From Candidatus Sysuimicrobiota bacterium (GTDB lineage: Bacteria > Sysuimicrobiota > Sysuimicrobiia > Sysuimicrobiales > Sysuimicrobiaceae), in the NCBI GenBank assembly GCA_040289515.1, contig PSLI01000004.1, positions 11,111 to 75,110 of the forward strand: a DNA stretch of 64,000 bases, in the 5' to 3' direction. Below, in pieces: positions 19,441 to 28,017 of the stretch. The stretch's first letter is position 1. Every line of letters starts with the position of its first letter. The position numbers and the translations under genes are program-made. The notes beneath the pieces are model-generated. The model was not told the origin of the DNA. It made no database searches and was given only the letters and a program-made list of their open reading frames with translations.

Positions 19441-20969
19441 CCCGGTCCGAAGAACTCTCCCTGCCCACCCGCCACGGGGAGGTGCTGTGCGTCCCGGAGT
19501 TTGGCCGCTGGCTGGAGGTGGCGGAGCAAAACGCCCGCAGGCTGGAGTCCCAGCGGGTGCTGCGGGAGCTGCGGGAGCAGGCCCGGCGCGAGCTGGTGCA
19601 GCGCGCGGGAGCACTGCTGGAGCGCTGGGGCCTGCACCGCCCCGAAGTGGGCGCCGGCCCGTGGGTCGGTACGGGCCACCAGCCCGCCCTGTACCACCCT
19701 GGGATCTGGATCCGCACGTGGGCGGTGGCGGCCTGCCAGCAGCGCGGTGCCGTGGGGGTGCACGTGGGGGTGGACTCGGACGAGTGCGAGCGTTTCGGAG
19801 CGCGGGTTCCCCGCCGGGACGACGGCAGGCTGCGGGTAGTGGAGCGCGTCCTGGCAGAGGGGGGCCGGGACGTGCCCTTCGAGTGCCTGCCGGCTCCCGC
19901 AGAAGAGGCCTGGCGCGCCTTCTGCGCACGCCTTCAGGAGGACGTGGCCACCCTGGGGCTTCCGGAGGTTGAAGGGCGCCTGGCGCGCGCGGAGCGGGCC
20001 GGGCTGGCGAGCTTGGCCCGTGCCCGGCACCTGGGCGAATTCGGGGCCGGCCTGCGCCGGCATCTGGAGCTGGACTGCGCGCCGGTCCGGTACCTGGAGG
20101 TGACCGCCTCGGAGCTTTCTAGAACCCGGGCGTTCGCCCGCTTCGCTAGCTGGATCGCGCAGGACGCAGAGCGCTTCTGGGCATGCCACAACCAGGCCCT
20201 GGAGGACTACCGGCGCCAGCAGGACCTGCGGTCGCCCGCGCAGCCGTTCCCCAACCTGCGGCGGGAAGGTGGACGGGTGGAACTACCCTTCTGGCTGGTG
20301 CGGGATGGAGTGCGGCAGCCCGTGTTCGTGCAGCCAAACCGTCCTCCCGTGGCCTTCTGCCGGGGTGCGGCGGTGGGAGAGCTGTCAGAGGAGGGGCTGG
20401 AGGGCCTGCGGCCCCGGGCGGTGACCCTCACCCTGTTCCTGCGCCTGGCGGTGTGCGACCTGTTCGTGCACGGGCTGGGAGGTGCCCGGTACGACCGGGT
20501 TACCGACCGGCTGGTGCGGGAGTTCTTTGACGTGGAACCGCCGCCGTTCGCGGTGCTGACCGCCACCTACCACCTGCCCCTGGCACGGCATCCGGATCCC
20601 CGGGCCGCGTACCAGACCGCCCAGCGCCTGTGGCAGGACCTCCACCACAACCCGGACCGTCACCTTCCACGGGACGGCGAAGTGGCCAACCTGGTGGAGG
20701 AGAAGTGGCGGTGCATCCAGGCCTTGGAAGCACCGGGCCTACCCCGCCGGACCCGCCGGGAGCTCACGCAGCGCATCCGGGCCCTCAACGAGGCGCTCCG
20801 GGCCCGCCTGCAGGACCGAATCCGTCAGGTGGAGGCGGAGCTGGAGAGCCTGCGGCGCGACGTGGAAGAACACCAGGTGGCCGCGGACCGCACCTACCCC
20901 TTTTTCTTGTTCGACCCGGAGCTCCTGCGCACGTACTTCCGGGCGAGGGAGGAAGCGCGTTGCCGGTAG
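19437..20969 (+). CDS. Hypothetical 510-aa protein, possible bacillithiol cysteine-adding enzyme BshC-like
   Basis: By eye it resembles BshC at GTGHQPALYHPG (cf. GGQQAGLLTGPLY), HVGVDSDECE (cf. WVAGEDHDLDE) and LFVHGLGGARY (cf. AFIAGPGEINY). It also has a C-terminal coiled coil, as BshC does. Needs an HMM check. Confidence 0.4.
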   Translation: MTRSEELSLPTRHGEVLCVPEFGRWLEVAEQNARRLESQRVLRELREQARRELVQRAGALLERWGLHRPEVGAGPWVGTGHQPALYHPGIWIRTWAVAACQQRGAVGVHVGVDSDECERFGARVPRRDDGRLRVVERVLAEGGRDVPFECLPAPAEEAWRAFCARLQEDVATLGLPEVEGRLARAERAGLASLARARHLGEFGAGLRRHLELDCAPVRYLEVTASELSRTRAFARFASWIAQDAERFWACHNQALEDYRRQQDLRSPAQPFPNLRREGGRVELPFWLVRDGVRQPVFVQPNRPPVAFCRGAAVGELSEEGLEGLRPRAVTLTLFLRLAVCDLFVHGLGGARYDRVTDRLVREFFDVEPPPFAVLTATYHLPLARHPDPRAAYQTAQRLWQDLHHNPDRHLPRDGEVANLVEEKWRCIQALEAPGLPRRTRRELTQRIRALNEALRARLQDRIRQVEAELESLRRDVEEHQVAADRTYPFFLFDPELLRTYFRAREEARCR

Positions 20970-21040
20970 CACGTCATGCGGAGAGGGTGCGGGCCTCCCC
21001 GGTTTGGGGAACTCGGGCAGCTTCCGGTCCCCCGAGCCCC

Positions 21041-21673
21041 GTGGTCACGGAGGGGCTGGGCCGGCGTTTTGGGCCCGTGGTGGCGCTGCACGACGTCACC
21101 CTGCGGGTACAGCAGGGTCAGTGCCTGCTGCTGGTGGGGCCCAACGGCTCCGGGAAGACCACCCTGTTGCGGGTTCTGGCCACCGCGCTGCGCCCCACGG
21201 AGGGACGCGCGTGGGTGTGGGGCTATGAGGTGACCGCGGAAGGGTGGCGGGTGCGAGAGGTGTGCGCGTACCTGGGCACCGCCCCGGGGGTGTACGGGGC
21301 GCTTTCGGGCTTCGAGAACTTACGCCTGGCCGCGGACCTGTGCGGAAAGCCCGTTGGGCGTGTCCCTGAGCTGCTGGCGCGGGTCGGGCTGATGCCGGCG
21401 GCGCACCGGCTGGTGGCCAGCTACAGCCTCGGGATGCGCCGGCGGCTGGCCCTGGCCCGGGCCTTCCTGCAGGAGCCCCTGGTGGCGCTGTTGGACGAGC
21501 CTTTTGTGGGCCTGGATGAGGAGGGTCGGGAGCTGGTGCGGCAGCTGGTGGAGGAGGTCAAAAGCCGCGCTGGGGCCGTGGTTCTGGCCACTCACGACGG
21601 GGACCGGGCGCGGGGCCTGTACGACCGGGTCGTGTGCCTGGAGGCGGGCAGTTTGCGGGCAGCGGGCGGATGA
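21041..21673 (+). CDS. ccmA: Heme exporter ATP-binding protein CcmA
   Basis: Walker A GPNGSGKTT and ABC signature. Start ambiguous (TTG 20960, GTG 20984 or GTG 21041). Confidence 0.75.
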   Translation: MVTEGLGRRFGPVVALHDVTLRVQQGQCLLLVGPNGSGKTTLLRVLATALRPTEGRAWVWGYEVTAEGWRVREVCAYLGTAPGVYGALSGFENLRLAADLCGKPVGRVPELLARVGLMPAAHRLVASYSLGMRRRLALARAFLQEPLVALLDEPFVGLDEEGRELVRQLVEEVKSRAGAVVLATHDGDRARGLYDRVVCLEAGSLRAAGG

Positions 21674-22323
21674 GAGCAGCTCGCCGCGTCCTGGCCCTGG
21701 TGCGCAAGGATCTGGTGCTGGAGTGGCGGGGCAGGGACGTGCTGGTGCCCGCGGGTGCCTTCGGGCTCGCGGTGTTGCTGGTGCTGGGCCTGGTTTCCGG
21801 CGGCGGGCCGCAGGACGCGCCCACCTTACTGTGGGTTTCTGTGCTGCTGGCCTCCGTGCTGGCGGCGGGCCGCAGCGCGGAGCGGGAAGGAGAGGAGGGA
21901 ACGCTGGAAGTGCTGCTGCTGTACCCGGGCAGCCGCGAGGACCTGTTCTGGGGGCGACACCTGGCCCTGTGCGTGCTGCTGGGAGCGCTGGCTTTGGGCC
22001 TGTGGGCCGCACAGCTGTTCCTGTTCAACGCTCCGGCCCGCGGGTGGCCCGCCGTGCTGCTGGCGGGGACGCTGGCGACAGTGGGGCTGAGTGCGTCGGG
22101 CACCCTGCTGGCGGCCCTGCTGGGCCACGTGCGGGCGGGTCGGCTGCTGTTGCCCTTGCTGTTCTTGCCCACCTCGGTTCCCGTGCTGCTGGCCGGTGTG
22201 CGTCTCACGGAGGCGGCCGCCGCGGGCACCACACTCGGCCCGTGGTGGGGCGTGCTGGTGGTGTTCGACCTGTTGTTCCTGCTGGTGGGTCCCGTGCTGT
22301 TTGAGGTGGCGGTGGAGGGCTAG
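21670..22323 (+). CDS. ccmB: Heme exporter membrane protein CcmB
   Basis: ATG overlaps the ccmA stop as ATGA. Polytopic; CcmB position and length. Confidence 0.75.
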   Translation: MRAARRVLALVRKDLVLEWRGRDVLVPAGAFGLAVLLVLGLVSGGGPQDAPTLLWVSVLLASVLAAGRSAEREGEEGTLEVLLLYPGSREDLFWGRHLALCVLLGALALGLWAAQLFLFNAPARGWPAVLLAGTLATVGLSASGTLLAALLGHVRAGRLLLPLLFLPTSVPVLLAGVRLTEAAAAGTTLGPWWGVLVVFDLLFLLVGPVLFEVAVEG

Positions 22324-22962
22324 GTGCGGGCCTTCGCCATGGGCGCAACGGCGGCGCTGTTGGCCCTGGGGCTGTGGCTGGCCCTGAGAGCGTCTCCCCC
22401 AGACGCTTACCAGGGGGAATACGTGCGGATCATGTACGTGCACGTGCCTGCCGCCGTGTCCAGCTACGCCGCCGCAGCGGTGGCCTGCGTGAGCGGCGCC
22501 CTGTACCTGTGGCGGCGCCGGTCGGAGTACGACGCGTGGGCCCGTGCGGGGGCGGAGCTGGCCAGCTTGTTCGCGGGCCTCACCCTGCTGACCGGGATGC
22601 TGTGGGGCAAGCCCGTGTGGGGTGTGTGGTGGGCGTGGGATGCCCGGCTGGTCTCCACCGCGGTGCTGTTCCTGCTGTACGTGGGTTGCCTGCTGGTGCG
22701 GGACCTGTCGGAGGATCCGGTGCGCGGCCGCCGCCTGGCGGCGGCTTTGGGCGTGGTGGCCTTCCTAGACGTGCCGCTGGTGCACTACTCCGTGGTGTGG
22801 TTCCGAACGCTGCACCAGGGCCCCTCCATTAGACCTGGAGCCGTGCAGATGGCACCGGAGTTTTTGGCCCCCCTGGCGGTGAACGTGCTGGCCTACCTGG
22901 TGCTGTCGGGCTTCCTCCTGGTAGAACGGGCCCGCCTGGCGCGCCTGGAGGCGGAGCGGTGA
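22324..22962 (+). CDS. ccmC: Heme exporter protein CcmC
   Basis: WWD domain LWGKPVWGVWWAWDARL. Confidence 0.8.
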   Translation: MRAFAMGATAALLALGLWLALRASPPDAYQGEYVRIMYVHVPAAVSSYAAAAVACVSGALYLWRRRSEYDAWARAGAELASLFAGLTLLTGMLWGKPVWGVWWAWDARLVSTAVLFLLYVGCLLVRDLSEDPVRGRRLAAALGVVAFLDVPLVHYSVVWFRTLHQGPSIRPGAVQMAPEFLAPLAVNVLAYLVLSGFLLVERARLARLEAER

Positions 22963-23087
22963 GGGCTTGGGGGTGGGTGCTGGCCGCGTACGGATGCGCG
23001 GCCGTGCTGCTCGGAGCTTACGCGTGGCGGTTGTGGCGGCGTCTGGAGCGAGCCTCGGGTGGCCGTGCGAGGGAGGGCGACGCGTGA
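22959..23087 (+). CDS. ccmD: Heme exporter protein CcmD (42-aa small membrane protein, below the ORF-track cutoff)
   Basis: VRAWGWVLAAYGCAAVLLGAYAWRLWRRLE... is a single TM helix. GTG overlaps the ccmC stop. Correct position between ccmC and ccmE. Confidence 0.5.
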   Translation: MRAWGWVLAAYGCAAVLLGAYAWRLWRRLERASGGRAREGDA

Positions 23088-23092
23088 GGCGG

Positions 23093-23485
23093 ATGCGCGT
23101 GCTGTTGGCGGTGCTCCTGACCGCCGGGTCCCTGGGCTACGTGGTGGCCGGAGGGCTGCGGGAGGCGGTGGTGTACTACCTCACGCCCACGGAGGTGCGT
23201 TCCATGCGCCCGGAGCCCCACAGGCCCGTACGGGTGGGCGGGCAGGTACTGCCCGGCTCCCTGCGAAGGGAAGGGCCGGAGGTGCGCTTCATCCTCTGGG
23301 ACGGCCAGACCCAGCTGCCCGTACGCTTCCGGGGTACCGTGGAAGGGCTGCTAGCGGAGGCACAGGGCGCCGTGGTGGAGGGCCGGGTGGTGGAGGGGAT
23401 CCTCCACGCCCGCACCGTGGTGGTCAAGCACTCGGAGGAGTACACCCCGTCCCGAACTCCGCACGACCGCCCCCGCGGACCGTAA
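23093..23485 (+). CDS. ccmE: Cytochrome c-type biogenesis heme chaperone CcmE
   Basis: MRVLLAVLLTAG anchor, YYLTPTEV, VRVGGQV. The usual heme-binding H-x-x-x-Y region appears divergent. Confidence 0.75.
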   Translation: MRVLLAVLLTAGSLGYVVAGGLREAVVYYLTPTEVRSMRPEPHRPVRVGGQVLPGSLRREGPEVRFILWDGQTQLPVRFRGTVEGLLAEAQGAVVEGRVVEGILHARTVVVKHSEEYTPSRTPHDRPRGP

Positions 23486-23540
23486 GGCCGCTTGACGGTG
23501 AGCGAAAGGCGCGCGGAAAATCGTGACAGGACCTTGACGG

Positions 23541-23566
23541 CGGGGGCCACCGAGCCCCCGTTTGCG
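23541..23566 (+). terminator. Terminator-like hairpin after ccmE
   Basis: A perfect 7-bp G/C stem CGGGGGC-cgagc-GCCCCCG followed by TTTGCGTT. Confidence 0.3.
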
Positions 23567-23693
23567 TTCTGGGCCGAGACGAAGAGGAATCCGGGCACCG
23601 GAAGTCAAAGACACACGCCAGCTCCTCGGTCAGGGAGGCAGGTTGCTGCGACGCGAAGCCAGCTGTTCGTGCAACTGCAGGGTCCCAGGGAGC

Positions 23694-24545
23694 TTGCGAC
23701 TCTCTCTGTCGGTGGCGATGGCGGCGTGGGTGCTGGCGGGCTGCCAGCCGTACGTCCGGGTGAGCAGCCCCGTCCGGGAGGTCTACGAGCCCCTGGAGGG
23801 GTTCGCGGTGCGCATGAACTTCATGCCCCGCAAACCCGACGCGGACGGGGGCCGGAAGATCTACGAGGCGCGGTGCGCGGTCTGCCACGGACCGCAGGGG
23901 CGCGGGGACGGGCCCATGGCCCAGCAGCTCACGGCCCCGGAGAAGAACCCGTACACCGACTTTTTGAGCCTGTTCCGCATCCATCGCAAGGCGGAACCGT
24001 TGCCGAGCCGGCCCGCCCGGTTTGACAACCTGGATCAGATGCGGCTAAACGCCCCCTTCGCTATGTTCGAGACCATCGCCCGCGGGCGTCCCCACACCGC
24101 CATGCCCGGGTTCCAGCACCCCGCCTACGGTGCCACGGACGGCGGCGAGCCGCGCCTACGGGATCAGGAGATCTGGGACGTGCTGTTCTGGGAGTGGAGC
24201 CGCACCACCAGCCGGGAGCGCCTGGTGCAGGGCCGGCGGATCTACAACCAGCTGTGCGCCCGCTGCCACGGCGTAGGAGGGGACGGGAATGGGCCGGAGG
24301 CGGGCCGCATCCGGCAGCAAGTGTGGACGTGGGCGCGGGGCGTGGGGCCGGGTGTTTTCACGGACCGGGACTGGATGGCGTACCGCAAGCCCACGGAGCT
24401 GTACCAGCGGATTTCAGAAGGGGTGCGGCGGCGAGGGCTGGAGCTGATGCCGGCCTACGCCGACAAGCTGTCGGCGGACCAGATCTGGACCGTGGTAGAG
24501 TACCTGTGGACGTTCGTGTACACACCCCCGAAGGACCTGCGGTAG
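23694..24545 (+). CDS. Diheme c-type cytochrome, probable lipoprotein
   Basis: Two CxxCH motifs (CAVCHG, CARCHG). A TTG start at 23694 gives a lipobox LAGC. The alternative ATG at 23718 is in the same frame. Confidence 0.75.
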   Translation: MRLSLSVAMAAWVLAGCQPYVRVSSPVREVYEPLEGFAVRMNFMPRKPDADGGRKIYEARCAVCHGPQGRGDGPMAQQLTAPEKNPYTDFLSLFRIHRKAEPLPSRPARFDNLDQMRLNAPFAMFETIARGRPHTAMPGFQHPAYGATDGGEPRLRDQEIWDVLFWEWSRTTSRERLVQGRRIYNQLCARCHGVGGDGNGPEAGRIRQQVWTWARGVGPGVFTDRDWMAYRKPTELYQRISEGVRRRGLELMPAYADKLSADQIWTVVEYLWTFVYTPPKDLR

Positions 24546-24556
24546 GAGGTGGCCGG

Positions 24557-25201
24557 GTGGATCGTCGCACGTTCTTAAAGGCCCTGAGCGCGCTGCCCGT
24601 GGTGGGGGCTGTGGGAGCCTTCCTGGCGCCCTTGCTGCGCTACCTGAAGCCGAACCTGGAACGGGGACTGGGCCTGCCGCAGGGGAAGCTACCGCCCGAC
24701 CTGGCGGAGGGGGACCTCCCCACGGGCGAGCCGCTGCCCATCGCTACCTTGGAGGAGCTGCGGGAACCGTGGTCCAGCAAGTTCTTCGTGTTCACGCAGA
24801 AGTACCCACAGTACACCCCGGAGCTGGCCAAGGCGGCCACGGTGCCGGGGGTGGCCATCAAGCTGCCGTGGAAGCTGCCCTTTCCGGGCTACAAGGGAGG
24901 GAAGGAGCCCACGGACATCGTGATCTTCTCCCGCATCTGTCCGCACCTGGGCTGCATCTTCAACTACGTGCCCAACTGGCGGGAGGTGACGGCGGGCTAC
25001 GGGGGCTACGTACCGCCGGAGGACCGGCGGCACGGGCTGCTCGCGTGCCCGTGCCACCTGTCCATCTACGATCCCGCGGACCGGGAACTTCCTGGCCGGG
25101 TGCTGTCGGGCCCCGCGCCCCGGCCGCCCCGCTACTTCACCTACGAGATCCGGGGCGGGGTGATCGTGGTCACCGGGGCGGAACCCGGCGGGATCGCCTG
25201 A
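24557..25201 (+). CDS. Rieske [2Fe-2S] protein with Tat signal
   Basis: RRTFLKAL twin-arginine motif. CPHLGC and CPCHLS cluster-binding boxes. RBS AGGAGG. Confidence 0.85.
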   Translation: MDRRTFLKALSALPVVGAVGAFLAPLLRYLKPNLERGLGLPQGKLPPDLAEGDLPTGEPLPIATLEELREPWSSKFFVFTQKYPQYTPELAKAATVPGVAIKLPWKLPFPGYKGGKEPTDIVIFSRICPHLGCIFNYVPNWREVTAGYGGYVPPEDRRHGLLACPCHLSIYDPADRELPGRVLSGPAPRPPRYFTYEIRGGVIVVTGAEPGGIA

Positions 25202-25214
25202 GGGAGCCGGAGCC

Positions 25215-26363
25215 GTGTGGGACCGGTTGCGAGAGTGGTTCCGGGAGCGCAAGGAAAAGCTGGACCTGTTCGACGAGACCCACGTCGACCGCCAGGACAA
25301 CCCCCTGTACATCCTCGGCCAGATCGTCTACTTCGCGTGGATCGCCGTGGTGGTAAGCGGCATCCTCCTCATGATCTGGTACGAGCCTACCACCCACGGC
25401 GCGTACAACTCCATTCTGCGCATCCAGCGGGAGGTGCCCCTGGGTTGGCTGACCCGCGGCGTGCACAAGTACGGCGCGGACATGCTGATCCTGGCCATCA
25501 CCCTGCGCATCTACCGGATGTATTTCCTGGGAGAGTACAAACGGCCCAACGAACTGTCGTGGATGATCCTGTTCGGCTCCCTGGTGCTGGCCATGATCTC
25601 CGGGCTCACGGGCTACCTGCTCATCTGGAACCAGCGGGCCTTCTGGGCGGCCAAGGTGGTGCTCACGGTGGCCGTGTACCTGGACCAGCTCCCCCTGATC
25701 GGCCAAACGCGGTTCGGCAGCGCCATCGCCTTCGCCTTCCTGGGCGGGCCGGCGGAGGGGCAGGGAACCCTCACCCGGTTCTACGCCATCCACTTCGGGA
25801 TCTCCGCGCTGCTGCTGGTGGCCTCGGAGGTGTACTTCTACTTCACCCGCCGGCGCCGGTTCGTCCTGTCCCCCACGGCCCTGGTGATCCTGCTGGCTAT
25901 GCTGGTGGTAACGAGCTACGTGTTCCCCGCAGAGATGGGCCGCCGGGCCGACCCCAACCGCACGCCCCTGCCCATCCTGTCCGACTGGTACTTCCTGGCC
26001 CTGTACCAGTACGTGAAGTATACCCCGCCCCTGTGGGCGGGCCTGGGCCCCGGGCTTTTGATCGCTTACGGCATGCTGGTCCCCTTTTTGGACCGCAGCA
26101 AGGGCCGCAGGCCCTCCGAGCGCCCCTTCTTCACGGTGGTGGGGGTCATGGCCCTGACGTACTTCCTCGTGTTCACGGCCCTCATCCTGTTCAACATCGC
26201 GGTGATCGGCCGGGATCCCCACGTGGTCCTACTGGTGACCGCGGCGACTTTGACCCTGGGCCTGGTGCTGGAGTTCCGCTACCGGCGACGGAAGAAGCTG
26301 GCGGAGCTCGCCGCACCGACTCCCGCGCCGCGCGCGGCGCCAGCTCGGGCCGCGGCGGGGTGA
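25215..26363 (+). CDS. Cytochrome b (full-length b6 plus subunit-IV-like) lacking both heme bH histidine ligands
   Basis: Collinear with cytochrome b6 (GWLTRGVHKYGADM..., TRFYAIHFG...). Helix B has H84 but R98 at the second His position. Helix D has H193 but Y207/F208 where the second His is expected. SDWY sits in place of PEWY. Confidence 0.85.
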   Translation: MWDRLREWFRERKEKLDLFDETHVDRQDNPLYILGQIVYFAWIAVVVSGILLMIWYEPTTHGAYNSILRIQREVPLGWLTRGVHKYGADMLILAITLRIYRMYFLGEYKRPNELSWMILFGSLVLAMISGLTGYLLIWNQRAFWAAKVVLTVAVYLDQLPLIGQTRFGSAIAFAFLGGPAEGQGTLTRFYAIHFGISALLLVASEVYFYFTRRRRFVLSPTALVILLAMLVVTSYVFPAEMGRRADPNRTPLPILSDWYFLALYQYVKYTPPLWAGLGPGLLIAYGMLVPFLDRSKGRRPSERPFFTVVGVMALTYFLVFTALILFNIAVIGRDPHVVLLVTAATLTLGLVLEFRYRRRKKLAELAAPTPAPRAAPARAAAG

Positions 26364-26370
26364 GGGGGCG

Positions 26371-26634
26371 TTGGAAGTCGTGCGGTTCGCGGCAAGCTTC
26401 GGTGTGGCCGTGTTGAGCCTGCACGGAGCCTGGCAGGCATTCGGGCTGGCTTGGGCGGACCCACGGGCGGAGCGCTGGCTCGTCCTGGGCGTGTACCTGG
26501 CCGCCCTGCTGGCCTCAGGAGCATGGGCGGGCTACCTCGTCTACGCCGCGGACCGCAGGGCGGGACGGGTGCGGCGACGGGTGGGGCTGTACGAGCGGTG
26601 GCTGGCAACGCCTCGGGGAGGGAGGGGGCCGTGA
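26371..26634 (+). CDS. Small two-TM membrane protein
   Basis: 87-aa hydrophobic ORF immediately after cytochrome b. Confidence 0.4.
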   Translation: MEVVRFAASFGVAVLSLHGAWQAFGLAWADPRAERWLVLGVYLAALLASGAWAGYLVYAADRRAGRVRRRVGLYERWLATPRGGRGP

Positions 26635-26831
26635 GGAAGGACCGCAGCACATGGCACTTCGCCCTGGCCGGTTTCCTGGCGGTGCTGGCCCTAGCCGGAG
26701 TGGCCCTTATGGTGTACGGGGAGTGGTTTGACCAGCGGCTGGTGGCCTCCGGGGCCCTGGGCGTGATCCTGGTTTTGTACGCGGCCATCGTAGTGCTGTT
26801 CCGGAAGGCGGGTCTCACCGCGGAGGAGTAG
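26631..26831 (+). CDS. Small two-TM membrane protein
   Basis: 66 aa, VRKDRSTWHFALAGFLAVLALAGVALMVYGEW... GTG overlaps the preceding stop as GTGA. Confidence 0.4.
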   Translation: MRKDRSTWHFALAGFLAVLALAGVALMVYGEWFDQRLVASGALGVILVLYAAIVVLFRKAGLTAEE

Positions 26832-26832
26832 G

Positions 26833-28008
26833 GTGTACCGACGGCTGCTTTTGAGCCTGCAGAGCGCCACCCTGAGGCTGGACACCGTCCTAAACCGCGT
26901 CCTGCCCCAGGACTTCAACCCCCTGTACTACACGGGCGGGCTTGCGAACCTGTTCCTCACCATCCTGGTGGTGTCGGGGATCCTCATTTTCCTGTACTAC
27001 GAGCCCAGCCTGGAGGGCGCGTACGCCTCCGTGGAGTTCCTGACCCGGGACGTGCCCTACGGGGTGGTGTTCCGGGGGATCCACCGGTACGCCGCGGACG
27101 CCTACATGGTGGCGATCCTGCTGCACCTGTTCCGCAACTGGTTCACGGACCGCTACCGGGAGGCGCGGGACAGCCAGTGGCTGTCGGGCATGTTCCTGCT
27201 GGTGGTCTCGGGCTTTGCGGGCTTCACGGGCTACCTGCTGGTGTGGGACGAGCGAGCCCAGCTGCTTACAAGCCTCACGGCGCAGGCCCTACGGTCGGTG
27301 CCCCTGGTGGGAGGCTGGCTGGCCCGGGTGTTCCTGGGCGGGCCGGGTGTGAGCGACACGACCCTGTCCCGGTTCCTGTACCTGCATGTGGGGCCCGCCA
27401 TGACCGTGTACGTGCTCCTGTGGTGGCACTACGTACGCCTGCGCCACCCCAAGATCTGGCCTCCCGCGGTGTGGGTGCTGTTCAGCCTGGGCCTGCTGTT
27501 CATCCTCGCCTCCGCGCTGCCCGCGGCCAGCGGCCGTCCCGCGCAGCCGGGCGCGACCCCGGGGGGGTTCGCGGTGGATTGGTTCTTCCTCTGGCCGTAC
27601 GTGCTCGCCCGGTGGCTGGCGCCAGCCTGGGCCATGGTCCTGGTGGGAGCCCTTGTGGCGTACGGCATGGTCATCCCCTACACCCTACGGGAGACGCCCG
27701 AGCAGCGCGGCCTGCGGGCCCTGGGCCAGGCGGTGGTGGTGGAGGAGAACTGCACCGGCTGCGAGCTGTGCTACTACGACTGCCCGTACAACGCCATCTA
27801 CATGGTACCCAGTCCCTACCCCGGCAAGAGCCGGGCCGCGGCCAACCGCAAGCTGCTGGCGGTGGTGGTGGACTCCCGGTGTGTGGAGTGCGGGATCTGC
27901 ATCGGCGCCTGCCCGTTCGAGGCGCTGGAGCTGCCCAGGATGCTGGAAAAGGACGTGCAGCAGAGAATCCGGCGGGGCGCCCAGGTGGAGGCGCCCGTCC
28001 CTTCGTGA
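26833..28008 (+). CDS. Cytochrome b N-terminal domain (four His ligands intact) fused to a C-terminal 2x[4Fe-4S] ferredoxin domain
   Basis: H84/H98 and H185/H199 are at canonical spacing in helices B and D. The C-terminus carries CTGCELCYYDCP and CVECGICIGACP. Confidence 0.8.
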   Translation: MYRRLLLSLQSATLRLDTVLNRVLPQDFNPLYYTGGLANLFLTILVVSGILIFLYYEPSLEGAYASVEFLTRDVPYGVVFRGIHRYAADAYMVAILLHLFRNWFTDRYREARDSQWLSGMFLLVVSGFAGFTGYLLVWDERAQLLTSLTAQALRSVPLVGGWLARVFLGGPGVSDTTLSRFLYLHVGPAMTVYVLLWWHYVRLRHPKIWPPAVWVLFSLGLLFILASALPAASGRPAQPGATPGGFAVDWFFLWPYVLARWLAPAWAMVLVGALVAYGMVIPYTLRETPEQRGLRALGQAVVVEENCTGCELCYYDCPYNAIYMVPSPYPGKSRAAANRKLLAVVVDSRCVECGICIGACPFEALELPRMLEKDVQQRIRRGAQVEAPVPS

Positions 28009-28017
28009 GGCGCAGCC

